From Macrostomum hystrix (taxonomy: Eukaryota; Animalia; Platyhelminthes), in contig CATNEN010000007.1 of NCBI GenBank assembly GCA_950097015.1, positions 5,394,001 to 5,458,000 on the forward strand: 64,000 nucleotides of DNA, in the 5' to 3' direction. Made by a program: the position numbers and the translations under genes. Under the pieces are notes generated by a model. That model saw nothing but the letters and a program-made list of their open reading frames with translations, was not told the origin of the DNA and searched no databases. Shown here piece by piece: positions 12,226 to 30,707 of this stretch; the stretch's first letter is position 1; each line of letters starts with the position of its first letter.

Positions 12226-15200
12226 AATTCGGTTTTTATCTGTGAATTTCTACACATGAAAATTCCAAAATAATGCATACACTCCAGCAAAATCAAAAGT
12301 TCTCAGTGATCTACCAGCATCTTCCTTGTTTAGGAAATTTTGAGGAAACATTGATATGCATGCAATTAGTGTCTCTAAGTGATCTTAATCATAAATTCAG
12401 TACAAAAATGAACACACGTACAAAAGCAATTAATGCTTACACTTTTTTAACTAAGTTTAGAGGGTATATACAATTTCTTACCAATCAATTTTGTCAATTC
12501 CATGACTTTCGGATGTGAAAAATCACAGACAGCATTTTGATCTTGTGTCTGTTTAATAGTTTTCTGGGCTAACTGAGCTTTTTCTCAATAGACAAGAAAG
12601 CTCTAGTTTCTTCTAACAACTTGTCAGCAGCTGTGTCTTGTCTAAATCTGCTTCCTCCTGAATGTCATGCAATTCTGGATAACAATTCTTGAGGTGCAAG
12701 AGCATTCTGCTGTTTGAAGATTTAGGCTAATCCTTTCCTTGAGGCACTAATTCTTTCTACACTCCTTATTGAGACTTACTCTGACTTACTCCTTACTTAG
12801 AGCAAGTCAGATGATACTTAAAATATTGATGTGCAGTAGCCCTTATTTTAGTCATGCTAAGGTTGTATTATTAAAGCAATTATATGATTTGCATTTTGAC
12901 TACCTCTTACAACTTCTGTTTAGGTAAGCCTGCAGTGAGTGTTGTGAACTGGGTCATATTTTGGGCATTACACTCTAACAAAAGTGAATCTCATACCAAC
13001 TATAACTTACAACAAAACATAGCATAAAGTTTCAGTGTAAGTAATACATGGCTGTAGAAACACTAAGAAATATAAAAGTTTGAAAAAATAATATCTATAA
13101 TTTGAAATTCTAAATTTCAGACTAAAATTAAATCAAAATTTCAGACTGTAAAAAGTGAAAGCATATAGTTTTAAATGTAAATCTAACCTAAAAATGTTAT
13201 TAAATGACCATACAAATAGGCAGAAAATCTGTGAATATTTTTATCAAGTTAGAAAAAATATATTTAAAGGTGGAACTTGAGTTAAACTAATTTCATTGTT
13301 TAGTTTTATTATATACTTTAAATGTAAAATAATACTTTTTAATAAAACTTCTAGTTTTCAATATCAGCATTTAGTGGCTTGTACAATTTCTAGAAAATTA
13401 AAAATTATGACAAATAGTTTTCTGTTTAAATAAAGAAGTTCAGAAAAAATCTAGTTATATTTCAGTATATAACTTAATTTTGTTTTGAATACCATAATCT
13501 GCATGTATAGGTACTTAATAGAATATTGACCTTTGCTTTGATTGGCTGTTTTATGGAGTTAAAAATATGTTTATGCTATAGACTAGACTTTATTTACAAC
13601 TTATTTCAATTATACTTAGTAGTAAGTCAACAAACTGCTAACTATTCTCAAATGTTTATAATTTAACTCAATTGCAAGTAAATTTGATTATCAAATAATG
13701 CTACTTTCAAGTCCTTAATATATCCTAGGTACTATTTTTTATTAGGGACTTTTTCAAGGAAATTGCATATATATAATAATATTTTATTAGCATGCAACTC
13801 TGTCCATAGTTACTCATAAAAATATAATGCCTTCTGCAACATCCAACTATTGGTTACATTGGTTCCACATGGTCTTAGGGTTGTAGGTTATTGAGTATTG
13901 TCACATTATTGACAATTGAACATCTATTCATTTTATGCATGTCGGTGGCAAATTTTGAATGAATAAAAACTCCTGTAGATAGTATCTATCTAAGAAAGCT
14001 AGCTACTACTAAGGAAGTACTATATGCTGGAAACAGTTTTTATTGTTATAAATTCTGACTAAATTTGATAGACTTCTAAGTTTATAAAGAAAATTAAAAT
14101 TTTAACTCCACTTTTAATTGTTCTGTAAAGTGTTGCTGCTTCTCTAGATGGCTAGATGCTGATTATAGTAAAACTGTTGTATGTCGAATCATTATTAATC
14201 TTACAGCCCAAAGAGGAATTCGTTCTGAGGTTTTTTACCCTTTGGATACATGTTTTAATGAAAATTTGTTTTCGGAGAAATATGAAAATGTTGGTAATTT
14301 AAAGGGCTGATTAAAACTATACAGTCAGCTGTTTAGCATTGAATATAGTTTATTTTTCAAGGGTGTTATCTGTACCTGTAATGCAACCCCATGACCCATG
14401 TTTTAGTATCAGTGCAAGTAGTATAGTCCAGTCTAGCCTAACCAAAGTTAGTGCACAACTGTGGGCGCAGAAAGGGCAATTGTTTGAAAAATGAACTTAA
14501 TCTTTTAAAGATTGTTAGTGTGGGTGGGCGTTGGCCTCTGGTCTCTCTTAGCCATTATTTCCTAATCTAGTCAATTTTGCCGCTTTCATTTCTATGAAAT
14601 TTAAGTACCCACAGTGTGTTTTTTCATCTCTATCTTCTTCTATTTCCTTTCCTCACTGCTCGTGCTCGTCTCCACTTTTAAGTGTCTGTTTGCTAAAGAA
14701 TATAGGCAAGCTGTCAGTTTGATGAGAAATCAAGTCTCAATTGAGATGATAAGTGCCCATTTATGCATTCTTTTGCTTATTTTAAAAGCTCCGTTTATGC
14801 GAATGTTAGTTGATGGCTAAATAAAGCTAGTTTAGTTCGCAGAGCAATAGAGAGGAAAGGGAGGCTGCATGTCTGAAGATCGCTTTCAGATTCCGCAGCG
14901 GTGGAAGAGCTTCGGTTAGTTTTGCTTTTGGACAGCCCAGAAAAGGGCCTTGTGTCTACTAGAATCAGAAATCTTTAGCAGAAAGTCTTCTCTACCTTCC
15001 TTTCCTAGCACCCACCCCATACCCCGTCCAATGTCTGTCTGTCTCATTTGTATATTTGGCTGCGTGAGCGCATATTAGCAGCCGGGAGTGCAGAGTTAAG
15101 CTTAGCGAGGCGGCGGGCAGCGGGTGTTCGCGACTAATTTTCTATATATAAAGCTAAAACGCTGCTAACTTTAGATCTTACGCCTCGCCCAAAGAAACTA

Positions 15201-15299
15201 CAAGAATTAAAATATTCTCTCCCGCTACCATTTGTTTCTGCTTTCCAACAAAAGGCCGCCGAATCTCATACAAGAGCTCGCTAGTGCAAAGATAGCTGA

Positions 15300-21056
<5,757 letters not shown>

Positions 21057-21682
21057 TTGCTAGAGTTGCTGTTCGTCACTCTGAAGTTTTGCGGCTGAAG
21101 ATTCGAACAAAACTACTAATGATAAAATAGGCAATTCACGAAACAATGAGTCCTAAAAGTGCACCGAAATTGTATAATATTATTAATTGTTTAAAGCCTG
21201 GTGTGATCGTTCAATTATGTATCAACGCTAATTGAGAGTTAATACAGAATCAATTATTACGTAGCATAGATAAAACAGCGCTTGCTATTTTGTTGTGCTT
21301 GTCCATCCAATCCCATGCTTGTTTTATCTATTTTTGTTGTTTTTTTGTCTCTGTTTTGGCTAATCCGCTGTATTTAAACGCTTTGTGCTGTCTTATGCAA
21401 TTCGAAATTCCTTTCAGCAATTTCTGCTTTGTGACTCCCAGTTTCTTGTTGGAATGTTTTGCTTTGGCTTCACCTTTGCACGCTGAAAGAGTAAAGTAAA
21501 TAATATTTGTAAATATATGCTCCGTTAATGCCGTTTAGACTTCGTCCATCGCTTGTTGTCTGATAAGCCTTTTATTGAGTTTCTGCTTATTTTTATCTTG
21601 TGGTGCAGCTTAAGCAACAGAACGAAATTTTGATTGCTATCCTTTGTTAATAATCTAAGACATCTAGGTCATTAGTCTCCTT

Positions 21683-22825
21683 TCTCACCTTAATCCTCTC
21701 GATTCTCACCTTAATCCTCTCGATTCTCACTTTATCCTCTTGATTCTCACCTTAATCCTCTCGATTCTCACCTTAATCCTCTCGATTCTCACCTTAATCC
21801 TCTCGATTCTCACTTTATCCTCTTGATTCTCACCTTAATCCTCTCGATTCTCACCTTAATCCTCTCGATTCTCACCTTAATCCTCTCGATTCTCACTTTA
21901 TCCTCTTGATTCTCACCTTAATCCTCTCGATTCTCACCTTAATCCTCTCGATTCTAACTTTATCCTCTCGATTCTCACCTTAATCCTCTCGATTCTCACT
22001 TTATCCTCTTGATTCTCACCTTAATCCTCTCGATTCTCACCTTAATCCTCTCGATTCTCACCTTAATCCTCTCGATTCTCACTTTATCCTCTTGATTCTC
22101 ACCTTAATCCTCTCGATTCTCACTTTATCCTCTCGATTCTCACCTTAATCCTCTCGATTCTCACCTTAATCCTCTCGATTCTCACCTTAATCCTCTCGAT
22201 TCTCACCTCAATCCTCTGCATTCTCACCTTAATCCTCTGCTTTCTCATCTTAATCCTCTCCATTCTTACCTTAATCCTCTCGATTCTCACCTTAATCCTC
22301 TGCTTTCTCATCTTAATCCTCTCCATTCTTACCTTAATCCTTTCATTTCTCACCTTAATCCTCTCGATTCTCACCTTAATCCTCTCGATTCTCACCTTAA
22401 TCCTCTCGATTCTCACTTTATCCTCTTGATTCTCACCTTAATCCTCTCGATTCTCACTTTATCCTCTCGATTCTCACCTTAATCCTCTCGATTCTCACCT
22501 TAATCCTCTCGATTCTCACCTTAATCCTCTCGATTCTCACCTCAATCCTCTGCATTCTCACCTTAATCCTCTGCTTTCTCATCTTAATCCTCTCCATTCT
22601 TACCTTGATCCTCTGCTTTCTCACCTTAATCCTCTGCTTTCTCATCTTAATCCTCTCCATTCTTACCTTAATCCTTTCATTTCTCACCTTAATCCTCTGC
22701 TTTCTCATCTTAATCCTCTCCATTCTCACCTTAATCCTCTGCATTCTCACCTTAGTCCTCTGCAATATCATCTAAATATCCCGCATTCTCACTTTAATCC
22801 TGTCTATTCTATTTTCTCACTTTAA
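21683..22825. repeat. 21-bp minisatellite (CTCACCTTAATCCTCTCGATT)
   Basis: Direct tandem periodicity with 20-bp variants. Confidence 0.97.
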
Positions 22826-24481
22826 TCCCAATCCTAAATCATGGCGAATTTTAGGCATTTGAAACTATTTACCTACTGGTAGAATTATAAAATTGACAAA
22901 ATTTACTCCATATACCTGTGTGTGTGTGTCTCCATGTCTGCTAGCGAATAAGTGTCTCATCAGCTCCACTGGCTAGCACCGGTATTGTAGCGAGTGCTAA
23001 ATAATATTCTAATAGCTTAGAACAGACTACAATGTGTGTACATTGTCTAAGGCAGTGCTTAAAATACTAGGAAATGCAGGAATTACACGACAGAGAGACG
23101 TCACAAGCGCATGCTATTATTACCTGTCTGCACAGTGGGTTTAGTTAGTTTCCGAGTTTATTACTTTGTCTAGTTGCTAGCCAAATTGTGAGTGCGAGTG
23201 TGTGACCCTTGGCTGACAAAGCTAGCGTTAGTGGGCTTGAGGCTTCGCTCCAGGTCACATGATGTATCACCTACCTTTGCAGTCTGACTGCGCGACTAAT
23301 CTCAGCTGATATCACAGTTATATTTAACCTGCGCGTAATTCACGCAATTCGTAGGGCTAATTCTAGAAATTAATGTTGCAAAGTTTGCTTAAACTGCACC
23401 AACAGTTGATTTTTATTGTTTGCATGCCTTTTTCTACAAAAATCACATTTTTTTATTTTAAGAATGCATTTTTTCGCTTATTGTTTTCATACTACTCACG
23501 CTGAGTTATTTAACAGTAGTATATAACTCTATTGCACTAGCTGTGTTGTAGGCAACAAATAATCAGTTATTACAAATTTCTCGTTACATTTTTAGCATCA
23601 GAAAGTCATTTTAAATGCAGCTTATAAAATAATTTGCATTATTTCAAAGAAAAATTTCTAGTTGATAGTTTTCATTGTTAATTTTAATGCTGTTTTACGC
23701 TACTCAGGCCAGGGCTATGAGAATTTGCTTTTTGTTTTTAACTTTATTATTAGCTCAAAACCTTTAGCATGCTTTAATTAATGGATGCAATCTAATTGCC
23801 AAGCTTATTGCACTTTAATATATTCAAACATTATCAATACCTTTTCTCAGTAATTTTACTTGTTATTTAATTACCATAGACACTATAATGCCACTCACTA
23901 TTTTATTAGCTAATTAGTCTACGTATATAAATTTCTGTGTTAGACCTATGTGAAGTGTTTAGCTATTTGCGCTTTCAAACTAATGTCTATTGATTTCTCT
24001 CTCTCATTATATGTGAGACACCTGTGTTTACCTCCTATTTGTACGTCTAACGGCATGCACATTTTAATTAATGTAATTACATACTTCAACAATTGCACAT
24101 TAGGTTTCGAAAATAGAATATTATAATCTTCAAATTCGATCGTATAAAAAATTAAGCATCATTATTTTTTCTCAACAAGTTTTTCAAATCTTGATGCAAT
24201 GAGATGTTTTTTGATGAATTTCAGCTAGCTCTGCCGATACGAAAGACTTGCTCCGCATATTTTAATTCTGTTTGTTCCATTCGATCGCATTCTTTTAGTA
24301 CTCCAGTTACTGATTGAACAGAAGTATAGCAATAAACTCGCGGTCGTCATTTCAATCACAAATCCTTTTAATCCTAGTAATTTCTCAACCGTTTTTTAGT
24401 GTTTTTGCATTGCGACCAAGGCTTGAATGAAGGAGTGTATCTTGGCTTTTGCTTTTAACGACCTGATTAGACTGTCTTTAT

Positions 24482-27050
24482 GTGAGATTTCGATCCTGTC
24501 CAATTCTAGGGGTGAGATTTCGATCCTGTCAAATTCTAGGGGTGAGATTTCGATCCTGTCAAATTCTAGGGGTGAGATTTCGGTTGTGTCGAATTCTAGG
24601 GTGAGATTTCGATTCTGTCAAATTCTAGGGGTGAGATTTCGGTTGTGTCAAATTCTAGGGTGAGATTTCGATCCTGTCAAATTCTAGGGGTGAGATTTCG
24701 GTTGTGTCGAATTCTAGGGTGAGATTTCGATTCTGTCAAATTCTAGGGGTGAGATTTCGGTTGTGTCGAATTCTAGGGTGAGATTTCGATTCTGTCAAAT
24801 TCTAGGGGTGAGATTTCGGTTGTGTCAAATTCTAGGGTGAGATTTCGATCCTGTCAAATTCTAGGGGTGAGATTTCGGTTGTGTCAAATTCTTGGGGTGA
24901 GATTTCGATCCTGTCAAATTCTAGGGGTGAGATTTCGATCCTGTCAAATTCTAGGGGTGAGATTTCGGTTGTGTCAAATTCTAGGGGTGAGACTTCCGTT
25001 GTGTCAAATTCTTGGGGTGAGATTTCGATCCTGTCAAATTCTAGGGGTGAGATTTCGATCCTGTCAAATTCTAGGGGTGAGATTTCGATCCTGTCAAATT
25101 CTAGGGGTGAGATTTCGATCCTGTCAAATTCTAGGGGTGAGATTTCGATCCTGTCAAATTCTAGGGGTGAGATTTCGATCCTGTCAAATTCTAGGGGTGA
25201 GATTTCGATCCTGTCAAATTCTAGGGGTGAGATTTCGATCCTGTCAAATTCTAGGGGTGAGATTTCGATCCCGTCAAATTCTAGGGGTGAGATTTCGGTT
25301 GTGTCAAATTCTTGGGGTGAGATTTCGATCCTGCCAAATTCTAGGGGTGAGATTTCGGTTGTGTCAAGTTCTAGGGGTGAGATTTCGATTCTGTCAAGTT
25401 CTAGGGGGGAGATTTCGATTCTGTCAAATTCTAGTGGTGAGATTTCAGTTGTGTCAAATTCTAGGGGTGAGATTTCGATCCTGTTAAATTCTAGGGGTGA
25501 GATTTCGATTCTGTCAAATTCTAGGGGTGTGATTTCGATCCTGTCAAATTCTAGGGGTGAGATTTCGGTTGAGATTTCTTGTGGTGAAATTGTCACCCCT
25601 TCGGTTGTGTCAAGTTCTAGGGGTGAGATTTCGATTCTGTTAAGTTCTAGGGGGAAGATTTCGATTCTGTCAAATTCTAGGGGTGAGATTTCAGTTGTCT
25701 CAAATTCTTGGGGTGAGATTTCGATTGTGTCAAATTCTAGGCAAATTCTAGGGAGTGAGATTTCGATTCTGTCAAATTCTAGGGGTGAGATTTCGATCCT
25801 GTTAAATTCTAGGGGTGAGATTTCGATTCTGTCAAATTCTAGGGGTGAGATTTCGATCCTGTCAAATTCTAGGGGTGAGATTTCGGTTGTGTCAAGTTCT
25901 AGGGGTGAGATTTCGATTCTGTCAAGTTCTAGGGGGGAGATTTCGATTCTGTCAAATTCTAGGGGTGAGATTTCAGTTGTGTCAAATTCTAGGGGTGAGA
26001 TTTCGATCCTGTTAAATTCTAGGGGTGAGATTTCGATTCTGTCAAATTCTAGGGGTGAGATTTCGATCCTGTCAAATTCTAGGGGTGAGATTTCGATCCT
26101 GTCAAATTCTAGGGGTGAGATTTCGATCCTGTCAAATTCTAGGGGTGAGATTTCGATCCTGCCAAATTCTAGGGGTGAGATTTCGGTTGTGTCAAGTTCT
26201 AGGGGTGAGATTTCGATTCTGTCAAGTTCTAGGGGGGAGATTTCGATTCTGTCAAATTCTAGGGGTGAGATTTCAGTTGTGTCAAATTCTAGGGGTGAGA
26301 TTTCGATCCTGTTAAATTCTAGGGGTGAGATTTCGATTCTGTCAAATTCTAGGGGTGAGATTTCGATCCTGTCAAATTCTAGGGGTGAGATTTCGGTTGA
26401 GATTTCTTGTGGTGAAATTGTCACCCCTTCGGTTGTGTCAAGTTCTAGGGGTGAGATTTCGATTCTGTCAAGTTCTAGGGGGAAGATTTCGATTCTGTCA
26501 AATTCTAGGGGTGAGATTTCAGTTGTCTCAAATTCTTGGGGTGAGATTTCGATTGTGTCAAATTCTAGGCAAATTCTAGGGAGTGAGATTTCGATTCTGT
26601 CAAATTCTAGGGGTGAGATTTCGATCCTGTTAAATTCTAGGGGTGAGATTTCGATTCTGTCAAATTCTAGGGGGGAGATTTCGATTCTGTCAAATTCTAG
26701 GGGTGAGATTTCAGTTGTCTCAAATTCTTGGGGTGAGATTTCGATTGTGTCAAATTCTAGGCAAATTCTAGGGAGTGAGATTTCGATTCTGTCAAATTCT
26801 AGGGGTGAGATTTCGATCCTGTCAAATTCTAGGGGTGAGATTTCGGTTGTGTCAAATTCTAGGGTGAGATTTCGATTCTGTCAAATTCTAGGGGTGAGAT
26901 TTCGGTTGTGTCAAATTCTAGGGTGAGATTTCGATCCTGTCAAATTCTAGGGGTGAGATTTCGATCCTGTCAAATTCTAGGGGTGAGATTTCGATCCTGT
27001 CAAATTCTAGGGGTGAGATTTCGGTTGTGTTAAATTCTAGGTTGAGATTT
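24482..27050. repeat. 30-bp minisatellite (GGGGTGAGATTTCGATCCTGTCAAATTCTA), ~85 copies
   Basis: Direct tandem periodicity with 29-bp variants and duplicated interruptions. Confidence 0.97.
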
Positions 27051-27489
27051 GTCCTTACGTCGTGCTTATAGGGCGATAATGGTGCACTGATTATTATTTT
27101 AATCCATTGATCGGATGGAATCTGTTGGCTTTCTCGGTGTTTTTTACTGCTTTCTTTAATCTTTTAAAACAGCGTTAAATAATTAATTCATTTACTATAC
27201 AACGCTATTTAAGGTTCCTATAATTTACTATGATAATCAGCAAACATTGAATATCTTCTTGACCTGGGTTTCTGTTTCTGCTTCCAGTCCTTATCATTTC
27301 GCTTATCGCTCGGTTCGTTACACTGTTAATATATGGATTTTCTGCATTCTGGTCATTGAGTTCTAAAAATAGCACCTTAATAAACAAGACTATTGTAAAG
27401 TTGGCAGAGATGCTATGTTTAGAAATGCATTCACTTTTACCATTATTTGCCTTGCAGTGAATTCTATTTAAGAGACCGGCTCTCAGAAA

Positions 27490-29941
27490 ATGAATTATGT
27501 AGAGGTGACGGCAGATGCTCTGAGCCTGGATCAAATTCACCAGCTGGTTGTGGACCCGACCTGCGGCGCCGTGTGTCATTTTGTTGGTAATGATGATGGC
27601 TTTAACACTTCCTAATGGTGGGATTCGGCTTATCGATTCGGGTTATAGGGACTGAGATTTAGGGTGTCAGAATGGTGGGGACTGAGATTTAGGGTGTCAG
27701 AATGATGGGGACTGAGATTTAGGGTGTCAGAATGATGGGGACGGAGATTTTGGGTGTCAGAATGATGGGGACTGAGATTTTGGGTGTCAGAATGATGGGG
27801 ACTGAGATTTTGGTTGTTAGAATGATGGGGACGGAGATTTTGGGTGTCAGAATGATGGGGACTGAGATTTTGGTTGTTAGAATGATGGGGACTGAGATTT
27901 TGGGTGTCAGAATGATGGGGACGGAGATTTTGGGTGTCAGAATGATGGGGACGGAGATTTTGGGTGTCAGAATGATGGGGACTGAGATTTTGGTTGTTAG
28001 AATGATGGGGACTGAGATTTAGGTTGTCAGATTTATGAGGACTGAGATTTAGGTTTTCAGAAGAATGGTGTGGAATGGGGTGAGATACAGGTTTTTTTAA
28101 ATAATGGAGATATAGATTTAGAATTATAAAAAATATAGAATTAATTTATGCTGTTAGAACGATTGGTAGTTAAATCTAGGTTGGCTTTCCAATTTTCTAA
28201 ATTACATTTTCATTGAGTAAAAAGACTATAAAAATGCTTACTATTCTACTGATCAACCCAAACAGACAGTGTAGTGTGAGTTGAACATAGTTTTTTTACT
28301 TTTCTCCTCGCTAGGCACCACCAGAGACTCATTCGAAGGTCGTCAGGTGCTGCGACTAGAGTACGAGGCCTACGAGGGCATGGCGCGCAAGGAGATGCTG
28401 GCCATCTGCCTGGAGGCCCGGCGCAGATGGGACTGCCTGCGACACCTGGCCATCTACCACCGCACTGGGTGAGCTGATTTGCTCAGCCTGCCCGCTTGTC
28501 CCGCTGCGCCCATCTGCCTTCGCCTCTTCCCTCTGTCTTCGCCTCTTCCCTCTCCCTTCGCCTCTTCCCTCTCCCTTCGCCTCTTCCCTCTGTCTTCGCC
28601 TTTTCTCTCTGCCTTCGCCTCTTCCCTCTGTCTTCGCCTCTTCCCCTCTCCCTTCGCCTCTTCCCCTCGGCCTTCGCCTCTTCCCCTCTCCCTTCGCCTC
28701 TTCCCCTCTCCCTTCGCCTCTTCCCTGTCTTCGCCTTTTACCTCTGCCTTCGCCTCTTCCCCTCTGCCTTCGCCTCTTCCCCTCTGCCTTCGCCTCTTCC
28801 CTCTGCCTTTGCCTCTTCCCTCTGTCTTCGCCGCTTCCCTCTGCCTTCGCCTCTTCCCTCTGCCTGCGCCTCTTCCCCTCTGCCTTCGCCTCTTCCCTCT
28901 CCCTGCGCCTCTTCCCCTCTCCCTTCGCCTCTTCCCCTCTCCCTTCGCCTCTTCCCTCTCCCTTCGCCTCTTCCCTCTCCCTTCGCCTCTTCCCTCTGTC
29001 TTCGCCTTTTCTCTCTGCCTTCGCCTCTTCCCCTCTCCCTTCGCCTTTTCCCTTCGGCCTTTGCCTCTTCCCCTCTGCCTGCGCCTCTTCCCCTCTGTCT
29101 TCGCCTCTTCCCCTCTCCCTTCGCCTCTTCCCCTCGGCCTTCGCCTCTTCCCCTCTCCCTTCGCCTCTTCCCCTCTCCCTTCGCCTCTTCCCTCTGTCTT
29201 CGCCTCTTCCCTCTGCCTTCGCCTCTTCCCTCTGTCTTCGCCGCTTCCCTCTGCCTTCGCCTCTTCCCCTCTCCCTTCGCCTCTTCCCCTCTCCCTTCGC
29301 CTCTTCCCTCTGTCTTCGCCTTTTCCCTCTGCCTTCGCCTCTTCCCCTCTGCCTTCGCCTCTTCCCCTCTGCCTTCGCCTCTTCCCTCTGCCTTCGCCTC
29401 TTCCCTCTGTCTTCGCCGCTTCCCTCTGCCTTCGCCTCTTCCCCTCTCCCTTCGCCTCTTCCCTCTGTCTTCGCCTCTTCCCTCGGCCTTCGCCTCTTCC
29501 CCTCGGCCTTCGCCTCTTCTCTTCGCCTCTTCGCCGAAAGCTACTCCTTTCAAAGCACAAATTATTTAAAGCCAATTAGCCGCTTTTCGAGATGTTAAAT
29601 TATTTGCTCATCATTCACGTGTGTGCCCACCCAACTTCAGTCTGGTCCCAGTGGGCGAGGCCAGCATCATCATCGCCGTGTCCTCGCCGCACCGCGCCGA
29701 ATCCATCAAAGCCGTCGAGTTCATGATCAACGCGGCGAAGGCCACGGTGCCGGTGTGGAAGAAGGAGGTCTACTCTGGCGACCAGCCGCCACAGTGGAAG
29801 GTTAACGCGGAGTGTCAGTGGGCCAAAAGTCAGCAGCAGCAGCAGCAGCAGCAGGCACTGAAAAATGCAGACAAGTCAGAATCGCAGGCAGCAGCCAATC
29901 CTGATGACGGCATCTCTAGGCCCGACAATGGACACGCTTGA
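27490..29941 (+). CDS. MOCS2: Molybdopterin synthase catalytic (large) subunit MOCS2B/MoaE; exons 27490-27586, 28315-28468, 29641-29941
   Basis: Spliced product MNYVEVTADALSLDQIHQLVVDPTCGAVCHFVGTTRDSFEGRQVLRLEYEAYEGMA...HRTGLVPVGEASIIIAVSSPHRAESI...KATVPVWKKEVY carries the MoaE motifs (FVGTTR, LEYEAY, HRxG, SxHR, PxWKKE). Splice phases are consistent. Confidence 0.93.
27647..28062. repeat. 30-bp minisatellite (GGGACTGAGATTTTGGGTGTCAGAATGATG), MOCS2B intron 1
   Basis: Direct tandem periodicity. Confidence 0.95.
28513..29535. repeat. 19-20-bp pyrimidine-rich minisatellite (CCTTCGCCTCTTCCCCTCT[C/G]), MOCS2B intron 2
   Basis: Direct tandem periodicity; almost no A on the plus strand. Confidence 0.95.
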
Positions 29942-30707
29942 CGATTGTCGGTGCTTTTTGCCTTGTCTAACAAAATTTTAGCATAAATTATCTCGATATG
30001 TATTGAAAAAATTGAATTTTAGCAATTTAAATATTTTAACTAAGTTTATCGAAAGATCGAGAGATCAAAATATAAAAAAGATGTAGGCACCTGACTGTTA
30101 TTAGGGGGTCCGAGAAGCCGGAAAGTTCTGCGAGAAGTTTCTATTTACCCGATATGTGTAGAAATTTGTATTTTGTTGCAGGTTTTTTAAAAGAAAATTT
30201 GAATTTACTATTTGTTCAGATTGGCCGTACTGTCAATAATAGTTTGCTTTGGCAGCGGATAATTTGGTGCTTTTTGTTAACTTACCTGCGACCAGTCCAC
30301 AGAATTATGCATAACTCCGTATTTTCTGTGTTCTTAAAATCACTTACACTTGATGTATAAGCTTTCTTAGATCCTTTCATTCTATTGTTTGTTTTTTCAA
30401 AGATTTCATTAGTTTTTTATGTGAGTTAGACTTTAAAAGTTGGAATACTTTCATTGGCATTATATATATTCTAGCTTTTGAACTTCTGTTAAGGAATTTA
30501 CTTTTAAGTCAGCGTTGCCTTATAACTTAAAGGCTAGCAGATTTTCTTTACTGTTGAAGATCTGCATTGTCTTACTAGGAGAATGTGACGCAACTGGCTG
30601 TGCCTCAACACGATTAAATTTTTAATAATGCTGCCTTTGTGATGAGAAAATAATAAAGAGAAAAGAATAGTGATTAGAGTTCTTCGGACTGATGAGAAAT
30701 GCACTTT

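Noticed and set aside
24822-26926. 681-aa and 530-aa ORFs on opposite strands
   Set aside because: Translations of a 30-bp tandem unit that lacks stops in some frames; no unique sequence or domain.
28454-29579. 270-370-aa Arg/Glu/Gly-rich and Pro/Leu/Ser-rich ORFs
   Set aside because: They lie within MOCS2B intron 2 and derive from an A-free minisatellite.
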